From: Anaeromyxobacteraceae bacterium
Lineage (GTDB): Bacteria > Myxococcota > Myxococcia > Myxococcales > Anaeromyxobacteraceae
Assembly (NCBI GenBank): GCA_047602405.1
Contig: JASGHJ010000002.1
Coordinates: forward strand, 2,016,001-2,080,000
Direction of reading: 5' to 3'
Length of the DNA: 64,000 nucleotides
A model generated the notes under the pieces. The model saw only the letters and a list, made by a program, of their open reading frames with translations. It made no database searches and was not told the DNA's origin. The position numbers and the translations under genes are program-made. Shown one piece after another: positions 1 to 10,217 of this stretch (position 1 is its first letter; every line of letters begins with the position of its first letter).

Positions 1-252
1 TCGAACCCCGAGCTCGCGCCGCACCTCGAGTTCGTGGACCTCGGCGGCCACGGTTACGCGAAGGTCCGCGCCTCGGCCGGCGAGCTGCGCACCGAGTTCG
101 TCTGCATCCCGCGCCCGATCGCCCGGAGCGAGACGCCCGACGGCGGGCCGATCCGTTACCGGGTGGCGCTCACCGCCCCGCTCTGGAAGAGCGGCGAGCG
201 CCCGCGCCTCGAGACCAGGGTGCTCGAGGGCGACGTCGGGCTGTCGATCTGA
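1..252 (+). CDS. C-terminal fragment of a probable alkaline phosphatase D (PhoD) family protein; gene starts left of the window
   Basis: Open frame from base 1: SNPELAPHLEFVDLGGHGY resembles the PhoD C-terminal NPH..F.D...GY motif; stop TGA at 250-252. Confidence 0.6.
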   Translation, partial: SNPELAPHLEFVDLGGHGYAKVRASAGELRTEFVCIPRPIARSETPDGGPIRYRVALTAPLWKSGERPRLETRVLEGDVGLSI

Positions 253-263
253 GCCGCGGCGGC

Positions 264-1805
264 TCAGTCGCGCGGCGCGTAAGGGACGAGGGGCCCGAGC
301 TGGACGGCCCGGGCAGCGAGGTTCGCGGGGCCCGGCTCTCCCGACACCACCCAGCGCAGGGTGGCGGGATCGAGCGCGATCCGGGCGATCGCCTGGAGGT
401 CGGCGGGGGTCACCTGCGCCACGGCCGCGCGCTCCTCGGCGAGCCGGGGACGGCCCTGGCCGCGCAGGACCGCGTCGAGCCAGGTGCCGGTGGAGCGCTC
501 CACGTCCTCGTTCGCGGTCTCGAGCCTCGCGGAGACGACGGCGCGCGCGCGGTCGAGCTCGACCACGGAGGGCGGTGCGGCGCGGAGGCCCTCCAGCGCC
601 TGCCGGAGGAGCCGCACGCCCTCCTCGGCGCGCGTCGCCGCGAGCGGCGCGCAGACCACGAGCGCCCGGGCGTACCGGCGCAGCACGAGCTCGGCGGTCA
701 CCCCGTACGTGAGCTGGTGCTGCTCGCGGAGCACCTCGGAGAGCCGGGAGGAGAAGCTCCCACCGAGCAAGGCCCCGAACAGCTCGAGCGCGGCGTCGGG
801 CTGCCGCACGTCCGCGAGCGGGCGCGTGGCGCAGACCACGAGCGTGCTCGCGGGCGCCCGGCGCAGGTAGGCGACGCTCCGCGCGGGCGAGGGCCGGGCG
901 GGTGGCGGCGAGGCGAGCTCGGGCTCCGCGGCCTCCCGCGCCCAGCGCCGGAAGGCCTTGCGGGCCGCGGCGATCGCCGCGTCGGGCTTCACGTCGCCGA
1001 CGACGAGGAGCGTCGCGCCCTTCGGCACGAAGAGCTCCCGCTGGCGCGCCACGGCCTGCTCCTGCCCGAAGGGCTCGAGGCTTCGCCGGGTCCCGCGGGC
1101 CGGCCGGGCGTAGGGGTGGCCGGCCCCGAACGCGGACTCCACCACGACGCGCTCCAGCGCCTCGGGGTCGCCCGATTCGACGTCCTCCACCGCGTCGAGC
1201 AGCGCGTCGCGGCGGCCCTTGAAGCTCTCGGCGCCGCATGGGGGCGAGATCACGGCCTCGCCGAGGAGGTCCAGCACCGGTCCGAGGTCCGCCGCGTACC
1301 CGTCCACCGCGAGGATCGCCCCGTCCGCGGTCACCACCGCCCCGCCTGCCGCGCCCATGTCGACGAGGCGGCGGCGCAGCGACTTCTCCCCGTACTCGCG
1401 CTCGCCCCGGGCGTCCTCCTCGCGGAAGTCGGTGGCCAGGTTCGCCGCCAGCCAGGTCGCGCCGGCCTCGCCGGGCGGGTCGGACCGCGCGCCGCGGGCG
1501 AGCACGAGCCGGACGGAGGCGATCGGCCGTCGGTGGTGCTCGACCACCACGACGCGGAGGCCCTCCGGGAGCATCGCCTCGGTGACGCGCGGCTCCTGCG
1601 CGGAGGTCCGGGCGAGCGCCGGCGGCGGCGTGGTCCGCAGCGGGCCCTCCGCGGGAGGCGGGAGCCTCGCGGGTCCCGGTCGCGCCGCCGGGGGCTCCGC
1701 CCGCGACGGTGTGCTCCAGGCCTGCTTCGTGGCGACGACGGGCGGCGCGGCGGCGCACGCCGCCGTCGCCGCGAGCACGAGGACGGGGAGGCCCCGGATG
1801 CTCAT
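264..1805 (-). CDS. M16 family peptidase, non-catalytic subunit (possible lipoprotein)
   Basis: ATG at 1805 overlaps the upstream stop (ATGA). MSIRGLPVLVLAATAAC has a lipobox-like Cys. M16 features LPEGLRVVVVEH, HPYARP, SSRLSEVLREQHQLTYG; HxxEH is absent. Confidence 0.85.
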   Translation of the reverse strand: MSIRGLPVLVLAATAACAAAPPVVATKQAWSTPSRAEPPAARPGPARLPPPAEGPLRTTPPPALARTSAQEPRVTEAMLPEGLRVVVVEHHRRPIASVRLVLARGARSDPPGEAGATWLAANLATDFREEDARGEREYGEKSLRRRLVDMGAAGGAVVTADGAILAVDGYAADLGPVLDLLGEAVISPPCGAESFKGRRDALLDAVEDVESGDPEALERVVVESAFGAGHPYARPARGTRRSLEPFGQEQAVARQRELFVPKGATLLVVGDVKPDAAIAAARKAFRRWAREAAEPELASPPPARPSPARSVAYLRRAPASTLVVCATRPLADVRQPDAALELFGALLGGSFSSRLSEVLREQHQLTYGVTAELVLRRYARALVVCAPLAATRAEEGVRLLRQALEGLRAAPPSVVELDRARAVVSARLETANEDVERSTGTWLDAVLRGQGRPRLAEERAAVAQVTPADLQAIARIALDPATLRWVVSGEPGPANLAARAVQLGPLVPYAPRD

Positions 1806-3151
1806 TCGCGCTCCGCCCTGGCGGGTCGCGGGCGGGTGGGCCGCGCGTGCACGACCTGCGGCGGGCGGCGGAGGTACTGCCTCGCGACGTCCCGCACCAC
1901 CCCGCCCTCCAGGTCCCAGCGGCGCGCGAGGGTGGCCCCCACGCGGTCGCCGGCGCCACGCCACAGCTCGAGCCGGGAGAGGAGCTGCGCCCGCTCCGCG
2001 ACGGAGTCGAGCGCGAACATGCTCGAGCGGTCGAGCGAGAGGTTCCCGGCGATCTGCAGCTCGAGCGGGATCTCCTTGTGCGTCAGCATCCGCAGGAAGC
2101 CGGCCGCGTCGTCGTGCACGACCCGCGACGGCTCCTCGTAAGGCACCGTGAGGTTCACGAGGAAGGTGCTCTCGCCCTCGTGCTCCTCGAGGCCGGCACT
2201 CAGCCGCATGCCCCAGGCGCCGTCGGTGAGGAAGGTGAGCATGATCGCCCCGACCCGGAGCGCGTCCGCCTGGTCCGGCGGCACGTCCTGGAAGCGCCAC
2301 GCAAGCGAGACGCGCGGCTCGCGGGAGAGCGGCTCGGCGCGCTGGTCGACGGAGCCCTCCTGCGGCGCGGGCGAGAACCGGGGCGGCACGGCGCGGACGC
2401 CGGCGGGGAGGCGCCCCAGCCCGTCGTTGGCGAGCCGCAGCGCCGTGGCCGGGTCGAAGCGGCCGGCCACGACGAGCACGCCGTTCGCGGGGACGAGGTG
2501 TCCCGCCGCGAAGGTGAGGAGCTCGGCCGCGGTCAGCCGCCCCAGCTCCTCCGGAGCGCCGAGGACGCCGCGCTCGAGCGGGTGGCGGGCGCCGTAGAGC
2601 CGGCGGGACACCTGCTCGTCCACGAGCCCGTAGGGCCGATCGACGACGCCGAGCGCGCGCTCCTCGAGCACGATGCGCCGGCTGCGCTCCACCTCCTCCG
2701 GCGTGACGAGCTCCGGGATCCGCCGGAGCCGGTCGGCCTGCATCCAGAGCGCGAAGGGCAGCTCCTCGGGCGGCAGCACGCACTCGAACGCGAGGTCGTC
2801 GGCGCTCGTGGAGGCGTTGAAGTACCGGGCGCGCCGCGCGTCGGCCATGCCGGCGTAGTCGGTCGCGGGCGTGCGGCCGGTCGCCACCACGTGCTCGAGG
2901 AGGTGGGCGAGCCCGCTCCTCCCCGCGGGCACGTGCGCGGCGCCGGCGCGGAACGTGAGCCACACCGCCACGCTCGAGGCGGTGGGATCCGGCGCGAGCA
3001 GGACGACGAGCCCGTTCGCGAGCACGTGGCGCTCCACCGCGACGTCGAGCGCCGCGGTGGGGACCTTGCGCGACTCCTGCACGATGTCGGCGCGGGCAGC
3101 CGCCGCGTCGAGGAGCACGAGCGTGAGGAGGAGGACGCGGGCCGCGATCAT
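1802..3151 (-). CDS. M16 family zinc peptidase (pitrilysin-like), catalytic subunit, secreted
   Basis: Signal peptide, LANGLVVLL, GLAHLLEH (HxxEH), NASTS, IVLEER. Confidence 0.9.
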   Translation of the reverse strand: MIAARVLLLTLVLLDAAAARADIVQESRKVPTAALDVAVERHVLANGLVVLLAPDPTASSVAVWLTFRAGAAHVPAGRSGLAHLLEHVVATGRTPATDYAGMADARRARYFNASTSADDLAFECVLPPEELPFALWMQADRLRRIPELVTPEEVERSRRIVLEERALGVVDRPYGLVDEQVSRRLYGARHPLERGVLGAPEELGRLTAAELLTFAAGHLVPANGVLVVAGRFDPATALRLANDGLGRLPAGVRAVPPRFSPAPQEGSVDQRAEPLSREPRVSLAWRFQDVPPDQADALRVGAIMLTFLTDGAWGMRLSAGLEEHEGESTFLVNLTVPYEEPSRVVHDDAAGFLRMLTHKEIPLELQIAGNLSLDRSSMFALDSVAERAQLLSRLELWRGAGDRVGATLARRWDLEGGVVRDVARQYLRRPPQVVHARPTRPRPARAERE

Positions 3152-3340
3152 CGGGGCGCTACGATCTCACACTAAGAGTGGACCCGTTGTCCCGGGAACG
3201 GGGTGCAGGAACCTGCGGCGAAACGCCGCCGTCGCCGGCCCGCCCCCCAGCGAAGCCCCCGCCGCAGCCGCAGGCTGCGGCCGGGCGGAGCTGATCCGGG
3301 GGTGGGGCCCCATGAGCTCCGCTCATGGGGCGGGGGGCTC

Positions 3341-3388
3341 GTTCATCCCGAGCGTAGGCCCGCGAAGCGGGCCGGGGTCGAGGGACGG
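3341..3388 (+). repeat. Nested palindromic REP-like element, copy A
   Basis: TCATCCCGAGCGTAG-gcccgc gaa gcgggc-CGGGGTCGAGGGACG; arms shared with the copies at 14077, 15869 and 38039. Confidence 0.8.
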
Positions 3389-3400
3389 CCCCCCGGCAAC

Positions 3401-5359
3401 TCAATATGGCGGCGTCGCCTCCTTCACGAGGAGCGCCTGGAAGTCCTCGAGCGCCATCGTCTTCAAATCCTGCCCGCCACGGCGGCGGGGCGCGACGCCC
3501 TTCGCCTCGACCTCCTTCTCGCCCACGATGAGGGCGAACGGGATCTTGGCGAGCTCGGCGTTGCGGATCTTGGCGCCGAGCTTGTCGTTCGACACGTCGA
3601 GCTCGACCCGCCAGCCGGCGGCGCCGAGCCGCTCGTGGGCCTCCTTCGCCCACGCCTCGAACTTCTCCGAGACCGTGAGGATGCGGGCCTGCACCGGCGA
3701 GAGCCAGGACGGGAACGCGCCCGCGTAGTGCTCGGTGAGGATCGCGATGAAGCGCTCGAAGGAGCCGTAGACGGCGCGGTGGATGACCACCGGCCGGTGC
3801 TCCTTGTTGTCGTCGCCGACGTAGGTGAGGTCGAAGCGCTCCGGCGCCGCGTAGTCGAGCTGGATGGTGCAGGTCTGCCACTGGCGGCCGAGCGAGTCGG
3901 TCACCACGAAGTCGATCTTCGGACCGTAGAACGCGCCGTCGCCCGGGTTGAGCTCCCAGGGCAGGCCGATCTTCTCGAGCGCCTGGCGGAGCGCGCCCTC
4001 GGCGCGGTCCCAGAGCGCGTCGTCGCCGATGCGCTCCTCCGGCTTCGGCCGGGTCGAGAACTTGAGCGAGAACTCGAGCCCGAACGCGCCGTAGACCGTC
4101 TTCATCAGGCCGACCATGCGGTCGACCTCGTCGGCGATCTGCGACTCGGCGAGGTAGACGTGCGCGTCGTCCTGCGCGAACTGGCGGACGCGGGTGAGGC
4201 CGCCGAGCGAGCCGGAGAGCTCGTTGCGGTGCAAGACGTCCACCGTGAAGTAGCGGATGGGCAGCTCGCGGTAGCTGCGCTTGCCCATCCGGTAGAGCAG
4301 GTGGTGCGAGGGGCAGTTCATCGGCTTCAGGCTCATGTTGAGCCGCTCCTCGATCGGGAGGTCCGGGTCGGCCTCCTTGTCGAAGACGAGGAACATGTTC
4401 TCGCGGTAGACGCCCCAGTGGCCGGACTGCTCCCAGAGCTTCTTGTTGAAGAGGAGCGGCGTCTTCACCTCGTCGTAGCCGTTCTTCTTCACGAGGCGGC
4501 GCATCGCGTCGACGAGGGTGTTGTAGAGCGTGGTCCCGTTCTTCAGCCAGAAGGCCGAGCCGGGCGCGACCTCGTGGAACGCGAAGAGCCCGAGCGCGGG
4601 GCCGAGCTTGCGGTGGTCGCGCTTCCTCACCTCCTCGAGCTTCGTGAGGTGCGCGTCGAGCGCCTTCTTGTCGAAGAAGGCGGTGCCGTAGATGCGCTGG
4701 AGCATCGCGTTCTTCGCGTCGCCGCGCCAGTAGGCGCCGGCGACGTTGAGGAGCTTCACGACGCCAATCCTGCCGGTCGACGGCCCGTGGGGCCCGAGGC
4801 AGAAGTCGGTCCAGCCGCCGTGCCTGTAGAGCGTGAGGGTCTTCGCGCCCTTCGCGGCGATGTCCTTCACGATCTCGACCTTGTACTTCTCGCCCATCCC
4901 CTCGAAGAGCTTGATCGCCTCGTCCATCGCGATCTCCTCGCGGACGAACGGGTGATCGGCGGCGATCTCCTCGGCGATGCCCTTCTCGATCTTCTCGAGG
5001 TCCTCGGGAGTGAAGGGCGTCGGCCGGGCGAAGTCGTAGTAGAAGCCGTCCTCGATCGAGGGGCCGATGGTGACCTGCGTGCCCGGGTAGAGCCGCTGCA
5101 CCACGCTCGCGAGCACGTGCGCCGCGTCGTGGCGCGCGACCTCGAGCGCCTCCGGGTTCTTCGTCGTGACGACCTCGAGCTTCGCGTCGCGGTCGAGCGG
5201 GCGGGCGAGGTCGACCGCCTGCCCGTCGAGCTTCGCGACGTACGCCGCCTTGGCGAGGCCGGCGCCGATGGCGGTCTTGACGAACTCGTGGATGGTCTGG
5301 CCCCGGGGCGCGCTCTTCTGGGAGCCGTCGGGGAGCGTGATCTGGACCTGATCGGACAT
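3401..5359 (-). CDS. thrS: Threonine--tRNA ligase
   Basis: Start [13 protein letters not shown] (TGS domain); RHDAAH and DFCLGPH (editing domain); [30 protein letters not shown]. Confidence 0.98.
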   Translation of the reverse strand: MSDQVQITLPDGSQKSAPRGQTIHEFVKTAIGAGLAKAAYVAKLDGQAVDLARPLDRDAKLEVVTTKNPEALEVARHDAAHVLASVVQRLYPGTQVTIGPSIEDGFYYDFARPTPFTPEDLEKIEKGIAEEIAADHPFVREEIAMDEAIKLFEGMGEKYKVEIVKDIAAKGAKTLTLYRHGGWTDFCLGPHGPSTGRIGVVKLLNVAGAYWRGDAKNAMLQRIYGTAFFDKKALDAHLTKLEEVRKRDHRKLGPALGLFAFHEVAPGSAFWLKNGTTLYNTLVDAMRRLVKKNGYDEVKTPLLFNKKLWEQSGHWGVYRENMFLVFDKEADPDLPIEERLNMSLKPMNCPSHHLLYRMGKRSYRELPIRYFTVDVLHRNELSGSLGGLTRVRQFAQDDAHVYLAESQIADEVDRMVGLMKTVYGAFGLEFSLKFSTRPKPEERIGDDALWDRAEGALRQALEKIGLPWELNPGDGAFYGPKIDFVVTDSLGRQWQTCTIQLDYAAPERFDLTYVGDDNKEHRPVVIHRAVYGSFERFIAILTEHYAGAFPSWLSPVQARILTVSEKFEAWAKEAHERLGAAGWRVELDVSNDKLGAKIRNAELAKIPFALIVGEKEVEAKGVAPRRRGGQDLKTMALEDFQALLVKEATPPY

Positions 5360-5570
5360 GGTCGTCTTTCTAACCCGGCTCCGGGCGGTAGGTCGACCGG
5401 GTACGTCCTCGCATGGCCGTCGAACCTCGCGATTCGACTGGAGGGGGGTGCGGGATTTGCGCCCCCGGAAACGCTCACTCTCTGCGTCACGCCGACGCAG
5501 CTTCGGGCCGTGACCCGCGCTGACCTGCGGTGGTAGAAGGACGCCGCGTCGCACACCTGGGAGGCACGAG

Positions 5571-7010
5571 ATGGCCACGGAGTCCCGCTCGCTGGAGCGC
5601 CCGAAGCCCGAGGTGAAGCCGGATTACTGCAAGGGGTGCGGGCGATGCGTCGGAGCCTGCCCGCACCACGCGATCGCGATGGGCGACGCGATCAACCCGC
5701 TGACCGGCCTCGTGCCCGTCTCGCTCGACCCGGCCTGCTGCAACGGCTGCGGGCTCTGCGTCGAGGCCTGCCCCGAGCCCTACGGCCTCTCGCTCGACGG
5801 CGCCTCCCCGCTCGACGGGGCGGTGCCCGCGGTGCCGCGCCACGAGACGGCCGCGCCCGCCGACGTGCCGCCCGAGCAGGTCGCGATGCCGCAGACGCAG
5901 CCCCTCGTCGTGAAGGGCAACCACGCCTCGGCCATCGGCGCGGTGCTCGCCGGCTGCCGGCACTTCTTCGGCTACCCCATCACCCCCTCGACCGAGGGCG
6001 CCGAGCTCATGGCGAAGATCCTGCCCGAGCTCGGGGGCCAGTTCGTCCAGGCGGTGAGCGAGGTCGCGGCCATCAACATGATGTACGGCGCCGGCGGGGC
6101 CGGGAAGCCGTGCATGACCTTCACCTCGAGCCCGGGCTTCAGCCTCATGCTCGAAGGCATCTCGTACATGATCGGCGCCGAGGTCCCGGGCGTGATCGTG
6201 AACGTGATGCGCGGCGGCCCGGGCCTCGGCAACATCGCCCCCGAGCAGGCCGACATCAAGCTCTGCTGCCGCGGCCTCGGCCACGGCAACACCCACGCCA
6301 TCACGCTCGCGCCGGCGACGCCGCAGGAGATGCTCGACTTCACCCGCCTCGCCTTCGAGCTCGCCTTCCACTGGCGCAACCCGGTCATCCTCCTCGCCGA
6401 CGGCTACCTCGGCCAGATGACCGGCAAGGTGAACCTGCCGCAGGACCTCACCCGCCCCGGCCTGCCGGGCTGGTCGGTCCCGGGCGACGCCGCCCACCGC
6501 CGGAACGTCATCACCTCCATCGAGCTCGCCGAGACCGACCTCGAGGAGCGCAACCGCCACCTCGACGCGAAGTACGCCGCGCATCACGCACGCCGAGCAG
6601 CGCGCCGACCTCTACCGCTGCGAGGACGCCGACGTCCTCCTCGTCGCGGCCAACACGCCGGCCCGCATGGCGAAGGGCGCGGTGCGGGTGCTGCGAGACA
6701 AGGGCGTGCAGGCCGGGCCTGTTCCGGCCCCAGACGCTCTGGCCGTTCCCGGTGAAGCACCTGCTCCCGCTCCTGCCGCGGGTGAAGAAGCTCGTCATCG
6801 ATCGAGGCCTCCGCCGGGCAGCTCGAGGACGAGCTCCGCCTCGCCCTCTCCCACGCCGACGTCGCGCCCGCCTTCACCTGGGGCCGGGTGCGCCGCCAGG
6901 GCGGCGTCCTCCCGTCCCAGGCCGAGATCGTCGAGGCGGTGCTCGGCATCACGCGAAAGCCCGGCCTGTCGAAGCCGGTGCCGTCGGAGCAGAAGGGAGC
7001 GCGGCCGTGA
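5571..7010 (+). CDS. Fused ferredoxin (delta) + alpha subunit of a 2-oxoacid:ferredoxin oxidoreductase (Vor-like); three +1 frameshifts near 6582, 6717 and 6800
   Basis: [12 protein letters not shown] and [12 protein letters not shown] (two 4Fe-4S motifs); [25 protein letters not shown]. Homologous sequence continues across three frames to TGA 7008-7010. Confidence 0.88.
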
Positions 7011-8426
7011 CCGTCTTCTACGAGAAGTTCGAGCGGCACGACCACGCCCGCGGCCTGAAGGCCCGCTCCACGCACTACTGCCCGGGCTGCGGCCACGGCC
7101 TCGCCCACAAGTACCTCGCGGAGGCCATCGAGGAGCTCGGCATCCAGGACCGCACGGTCGCCGTCTCGCCGGTCGGCTGCAGCGTGTTCCTGTACTTCTA
7201 CATGGACGTCGGGAACACGCAGGCCGCCCACGGCCGCGCCCCGGCCGTCGCGCTCGGCCACAAGCTCTCGAACCCCGAGGCGATCGTGGTGAGCTACCAG
7301 GGCGACGGCGACCTCGCCTCGATCGGCCTCGCCGAGATCATGCAGGCCGCCCAGCTCGGCATCCCGCTCTCGATCGTCTTCGTGAACAACGCGATCTACG
7401 GGATGACCGGCGGCCAGATCGCGCCCACGACGCTCATGGGCCAGAAGACCGCCACGAGCCCCAAGGGCCGCAGCCGGCACGAGGGCTCGCCGATGCGGAT
7501 CTCCGAGATCATCGCCGGCCTCGACGCCCCGGTGTACGTCGAGCGGGTCGCGCTCTTCGACAACAAGCAGCGGGTCCGCGCCAAGAAGGCCATCACGAAG
7601 GCGCTCCGGCTCCAGAAGGAGGGCGTCGGCTTCTCCTTCGTCGAGGTGCTCGCGGAGTGCCCGACCCACCTCGGCCTCACCCCGCCGGAGACCGAGGCCT
7701 GGGTGAAGGAGCACATGCTCCCGGTCTTCCCGCTCGGCGTGAAGAAGGACGTGACGCCCGAGCCGTGGCCCGCCTGGCCGGTCCCGACGTTCGACCCCGC
7801 CGAGGTGCTCTCCATCGTCGGCGGCGTCTCCGAGGCGCCGCAGCGGTACTGCCGCGGGTTCCCGGTCACCTCCTTCGGCTCCGACATCGGCCTGAAGCTC
7901 GCCGGCTCCGGCGGGGACGGCGCGCAGACCGCCGCCATGCTGCTCGCCCACGCCGCGATCCGCGAGGGGTTCGACGCGACGCACATCCCGAGCTACGGCC
8001 CGGAGTCGCGCGGCGGGACCTCCTACGCGGACGTGCGCATCGCCGCCGACGAGGTGCTCTCCCCCGCGGCGCCGCACCCGCACGTGCTCGTCGCCTTCAA
8101 CGGCCCGAGCCTCGCGAAGTTCGGCCCGGACGTGGCCGAGGGCGGCGTGGTGGTCTACGACACGACCGTCACCGCCGAGGCGCCGAAGCTCCACCCCTCC
8201 GTGCGCCTCGTGGGAGTGCCGCTCACGCAGATCGCCCGCGGAGATCGGGAAGCTCACCGTGAAGAACGTGGTGGCCCTCGGGGCGCTGCAGGGCGCCGCC
8301 CGGCTCTTCCCCGACGACACCATCCTCTCCGCCGTGCGCGGCGCGCTCGGGCCGAAGAAGGCCGCGCTCCTGCCCATGAACGAGGAGGCGTACCGGCGCG
8401 GGGTGGCGGCGGCGCAGCAGCGCTGA
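7007..8426 (+). CDS. Fused beta (TPP-binding) + gamma subunit of a 2-oxoacid:ferredoxin oxidoreductase; +1 frameshift near 8240
   Basis: GTG start overlapping the upstream TGA; HYCPGCGHG, SPVGC, QGDGD...NNAIYGMTGGQ; gamma motifs AGSGGDG and SYGPESRGGTS; the C-terminus NVVALGAL...MNEEAYRRG lies in the shifted frame. Confidence 0.88.
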
Positions 8427-8524
8427 CCCGCCGCCCCCGGGGCGCTCCTCCGCCCCGGGCCCGGCGAAGTCCCTGAGCTCTCGCCCGCGCTGCGCCATGC
8501 AGCGCACGGGCAGGTGCGCGCCGC

Positions 8525-8577
8525 TTGACGGCGCGGGCGGGCGGATCTATACGACTCAAGTAACCAGCTAGTTACTT
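8525..8577 (+). promoter_or_regulatory. Sigma-70-type promoter with a palindromic TetR operator
   Basis: TTGACG (8525-8530), 17 nt, TATACG (8548-8553), then the inverted repeat AAGTAACCAGCTAGTTACTT (8558-8577) just before the TetR gene. Confidence 0.75.
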
Positions 8578-8599
8578 CTCCGGTTACGAGGACGGTGAC

Positions 8600-9251
8600 A
8601 TGGCGAAGCGCCCGCGCCCCCGCACGAAGCCCCGCCCCCGCGACGCCGAGGCGACCCAGGCGCGGCTCCTCGCGACCGCCGGCGACGCGTTCTCCGCCCA
8701 CGGCTACGACGGCGCCCGGGTCGACGGAGATCGCCGACCGCGCCGGCGTGAACAAGCGGATGATCTACGCCTACTTCGGCGACAAGGACGGCCTGTACCT
8801 CGCGGTGCTCGACACGCACCTCGCCCAGGCCTCCGCCCTCGCCCGGGTGACCGGCCTCGATCCGGGCCTCTCCGCGCGCGCCGAGGTCGAGACCTTCGTC
8901 CGCCGCTTCTTCGAGTTCATGGACGCGCACCCCGACTTCGCGCGCCTGCTCTCCTGGGAGGCGCTCTCCAAGGAGCGCCGGGGCCGCAAGATCCTGGTGG
9001 CCCGCGTGCACACCCTCACCGAGCCGCTCGTGGCCGTGCTCCGGCGCGGCATCGAGCGCGGCGAGCTCCGGCGCGAGCTCGACCCGGACATGTTCCTCGC
9101 CAGCGTGACGGCCCTCCTCGTCGGCTTCGAGAACCACCGGTCCTTCCTCGAGACGCTGTGGGGCGCCGACCTCGCCGAGCCCGCCGCGCGCGCCCGCGTC
9201 CTCGACTTCATCGTCCACCTCCTGCTCGACGGCATCGGAGCCCGCTCATGA
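8600..9251 (+). CDS. TetR/AcrR family transcriptional regulator; +1 frameshift near 8727
   Basis: RDAEATQARLLATAGDAFSAHGYDGARVD continues in the next frame as EIADRAGVNKRMIYAYFGDKDGLY (HTH). Confidence 0.9.
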
Positions 9252-10213
9252 CCCCCCGCACGTCCACCGCCCTCGCCCTCCTCCTCGTGCTGACCTCCGC
9301 CGCCGGCTGCGGCGGCCAGAAGGGCGAGACCCTCACCGGCCTCGTCGACGCCACCGAGATCGACGTCGCCTCCAAGATCCCCGGCCGCGTCGCCGAGGTG
9401 ACCGTCCGCGAGGGCGACCGCGTCGAGGCGGGCCAGCCGGTCGCCCGCATCGACAGCCAGGAGGTCGGCGCGAAGATCGAGCAGGTCAAGGCCGCCGTCG
9501 CCGCGGCGAGCGCGCGGCTCGACCAGGCCCGCCACGGCGCCCGCGCCGAGGAGCGCCTGCAGGCCGAGCGCGCGCTCCAGACCGCGCGGAAGGCCGCCGA
9601 GGTCGCCGACAAGGCCCACGCCCGCGCCGAGGCCCTCCTCGCCTCCGCCACGATCACCCAGGCCGCCTTCGACGAGGCCGACCTGCGCTGGAAGGCGGCG
9701 CAGGACACGCTCGCCGCGGCCCAGGCCCGGTACGACCTCGTCGTGAAGGGCGCCCGCGCGGAGGAGCTCGCCGCGCTCGAGGCGCTCGTGAAGCAGGGTG
9801 AGGGCAGCCTCGCCGAGGTGCAGTCCTACGGCGCCGAGCGCGTGCAGGTCGCGCCCATCTCCGGCGAGGTCTCGAAGGTGCTCGTGCACAAGGGCGAGCT
9901 CGCCGCGACCGGCTACCCGATCCTCACGCTCGTCGACCGCGCCGACGCATGGGCGGCCTTCCCGGTCCGCGAGGACCTCCTGCCCGGCGTGAAGGTCGGG
10001 ACCACCCTCGAGGTCGAGGTGCCCGCGCTCCGCAAGAAGGTCCCCATGACCGTCTACTCCATCTCACCGCTCGGCGACTTCGCGACCTGGCGGGCCACCG
10101 GCGAGAAGGGCCGCTTCGACCTGCGCACCTTCGAGGTGAAGGCCCGCCCGGCGACGCCCGAGCCCGACCTGCGCCCCGGCATGACGGCCCGCCTCACGCT
10201 CGCCGCGAGCTAG
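9248..10213 (+). CDS. HlyD family efflux periplasmic adaptor (lipoprotein)
   Basis: Lipobox AAGC; IDVASKIPGRVAEVTVREGDRV; coiled coil; APISGEV; DFATWRAT...FDLRTFEVK. Confidence 0.92.
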   Translation: MTPRTSTALALLLVLTSAAGCGGQKGETLTGLVDATEIDVASKIPGRVAEVTVREGDRVEAGQPVARIDSQEVGAKIEQVKAAVAAASARLDQARHGARAEERLQAERALQTARKAAEVADKAHARAEALLASATITQAAFDEADLRWKAAQDTLAAAQARYDLVVKGARAEELAALEALVKQGEGSLAEVQSYGAERVQVAPISGEVSKVLVHKGELAATGYPILTLVDRADAWAAFPVREDLLPGVKVGTTLEVEVPALRKKVPMTVYSISPLGDFATWRATGEKGRFDLRTFEVKARPATPEPDLRPGMTARLTLAAS

Positions 10214-10217
10214 GGCC

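Noticed and set aside
5420..5480. c-di-GMP riboswitch, T-box or tRNA-derived att remnant upstream of thrS
   Set aside because: Only partial resemblance (GCGCAAATCCC...CTCCA); consensus elements and identity to the tRNA-Val 3' end are lacking
6740..6760. Selenocysteine read-through at the TGA ending ORF 5571-6755
   Set aside because: Homology leaves this frame near 6582, so the TGA is an off-frame consequence of the insertion
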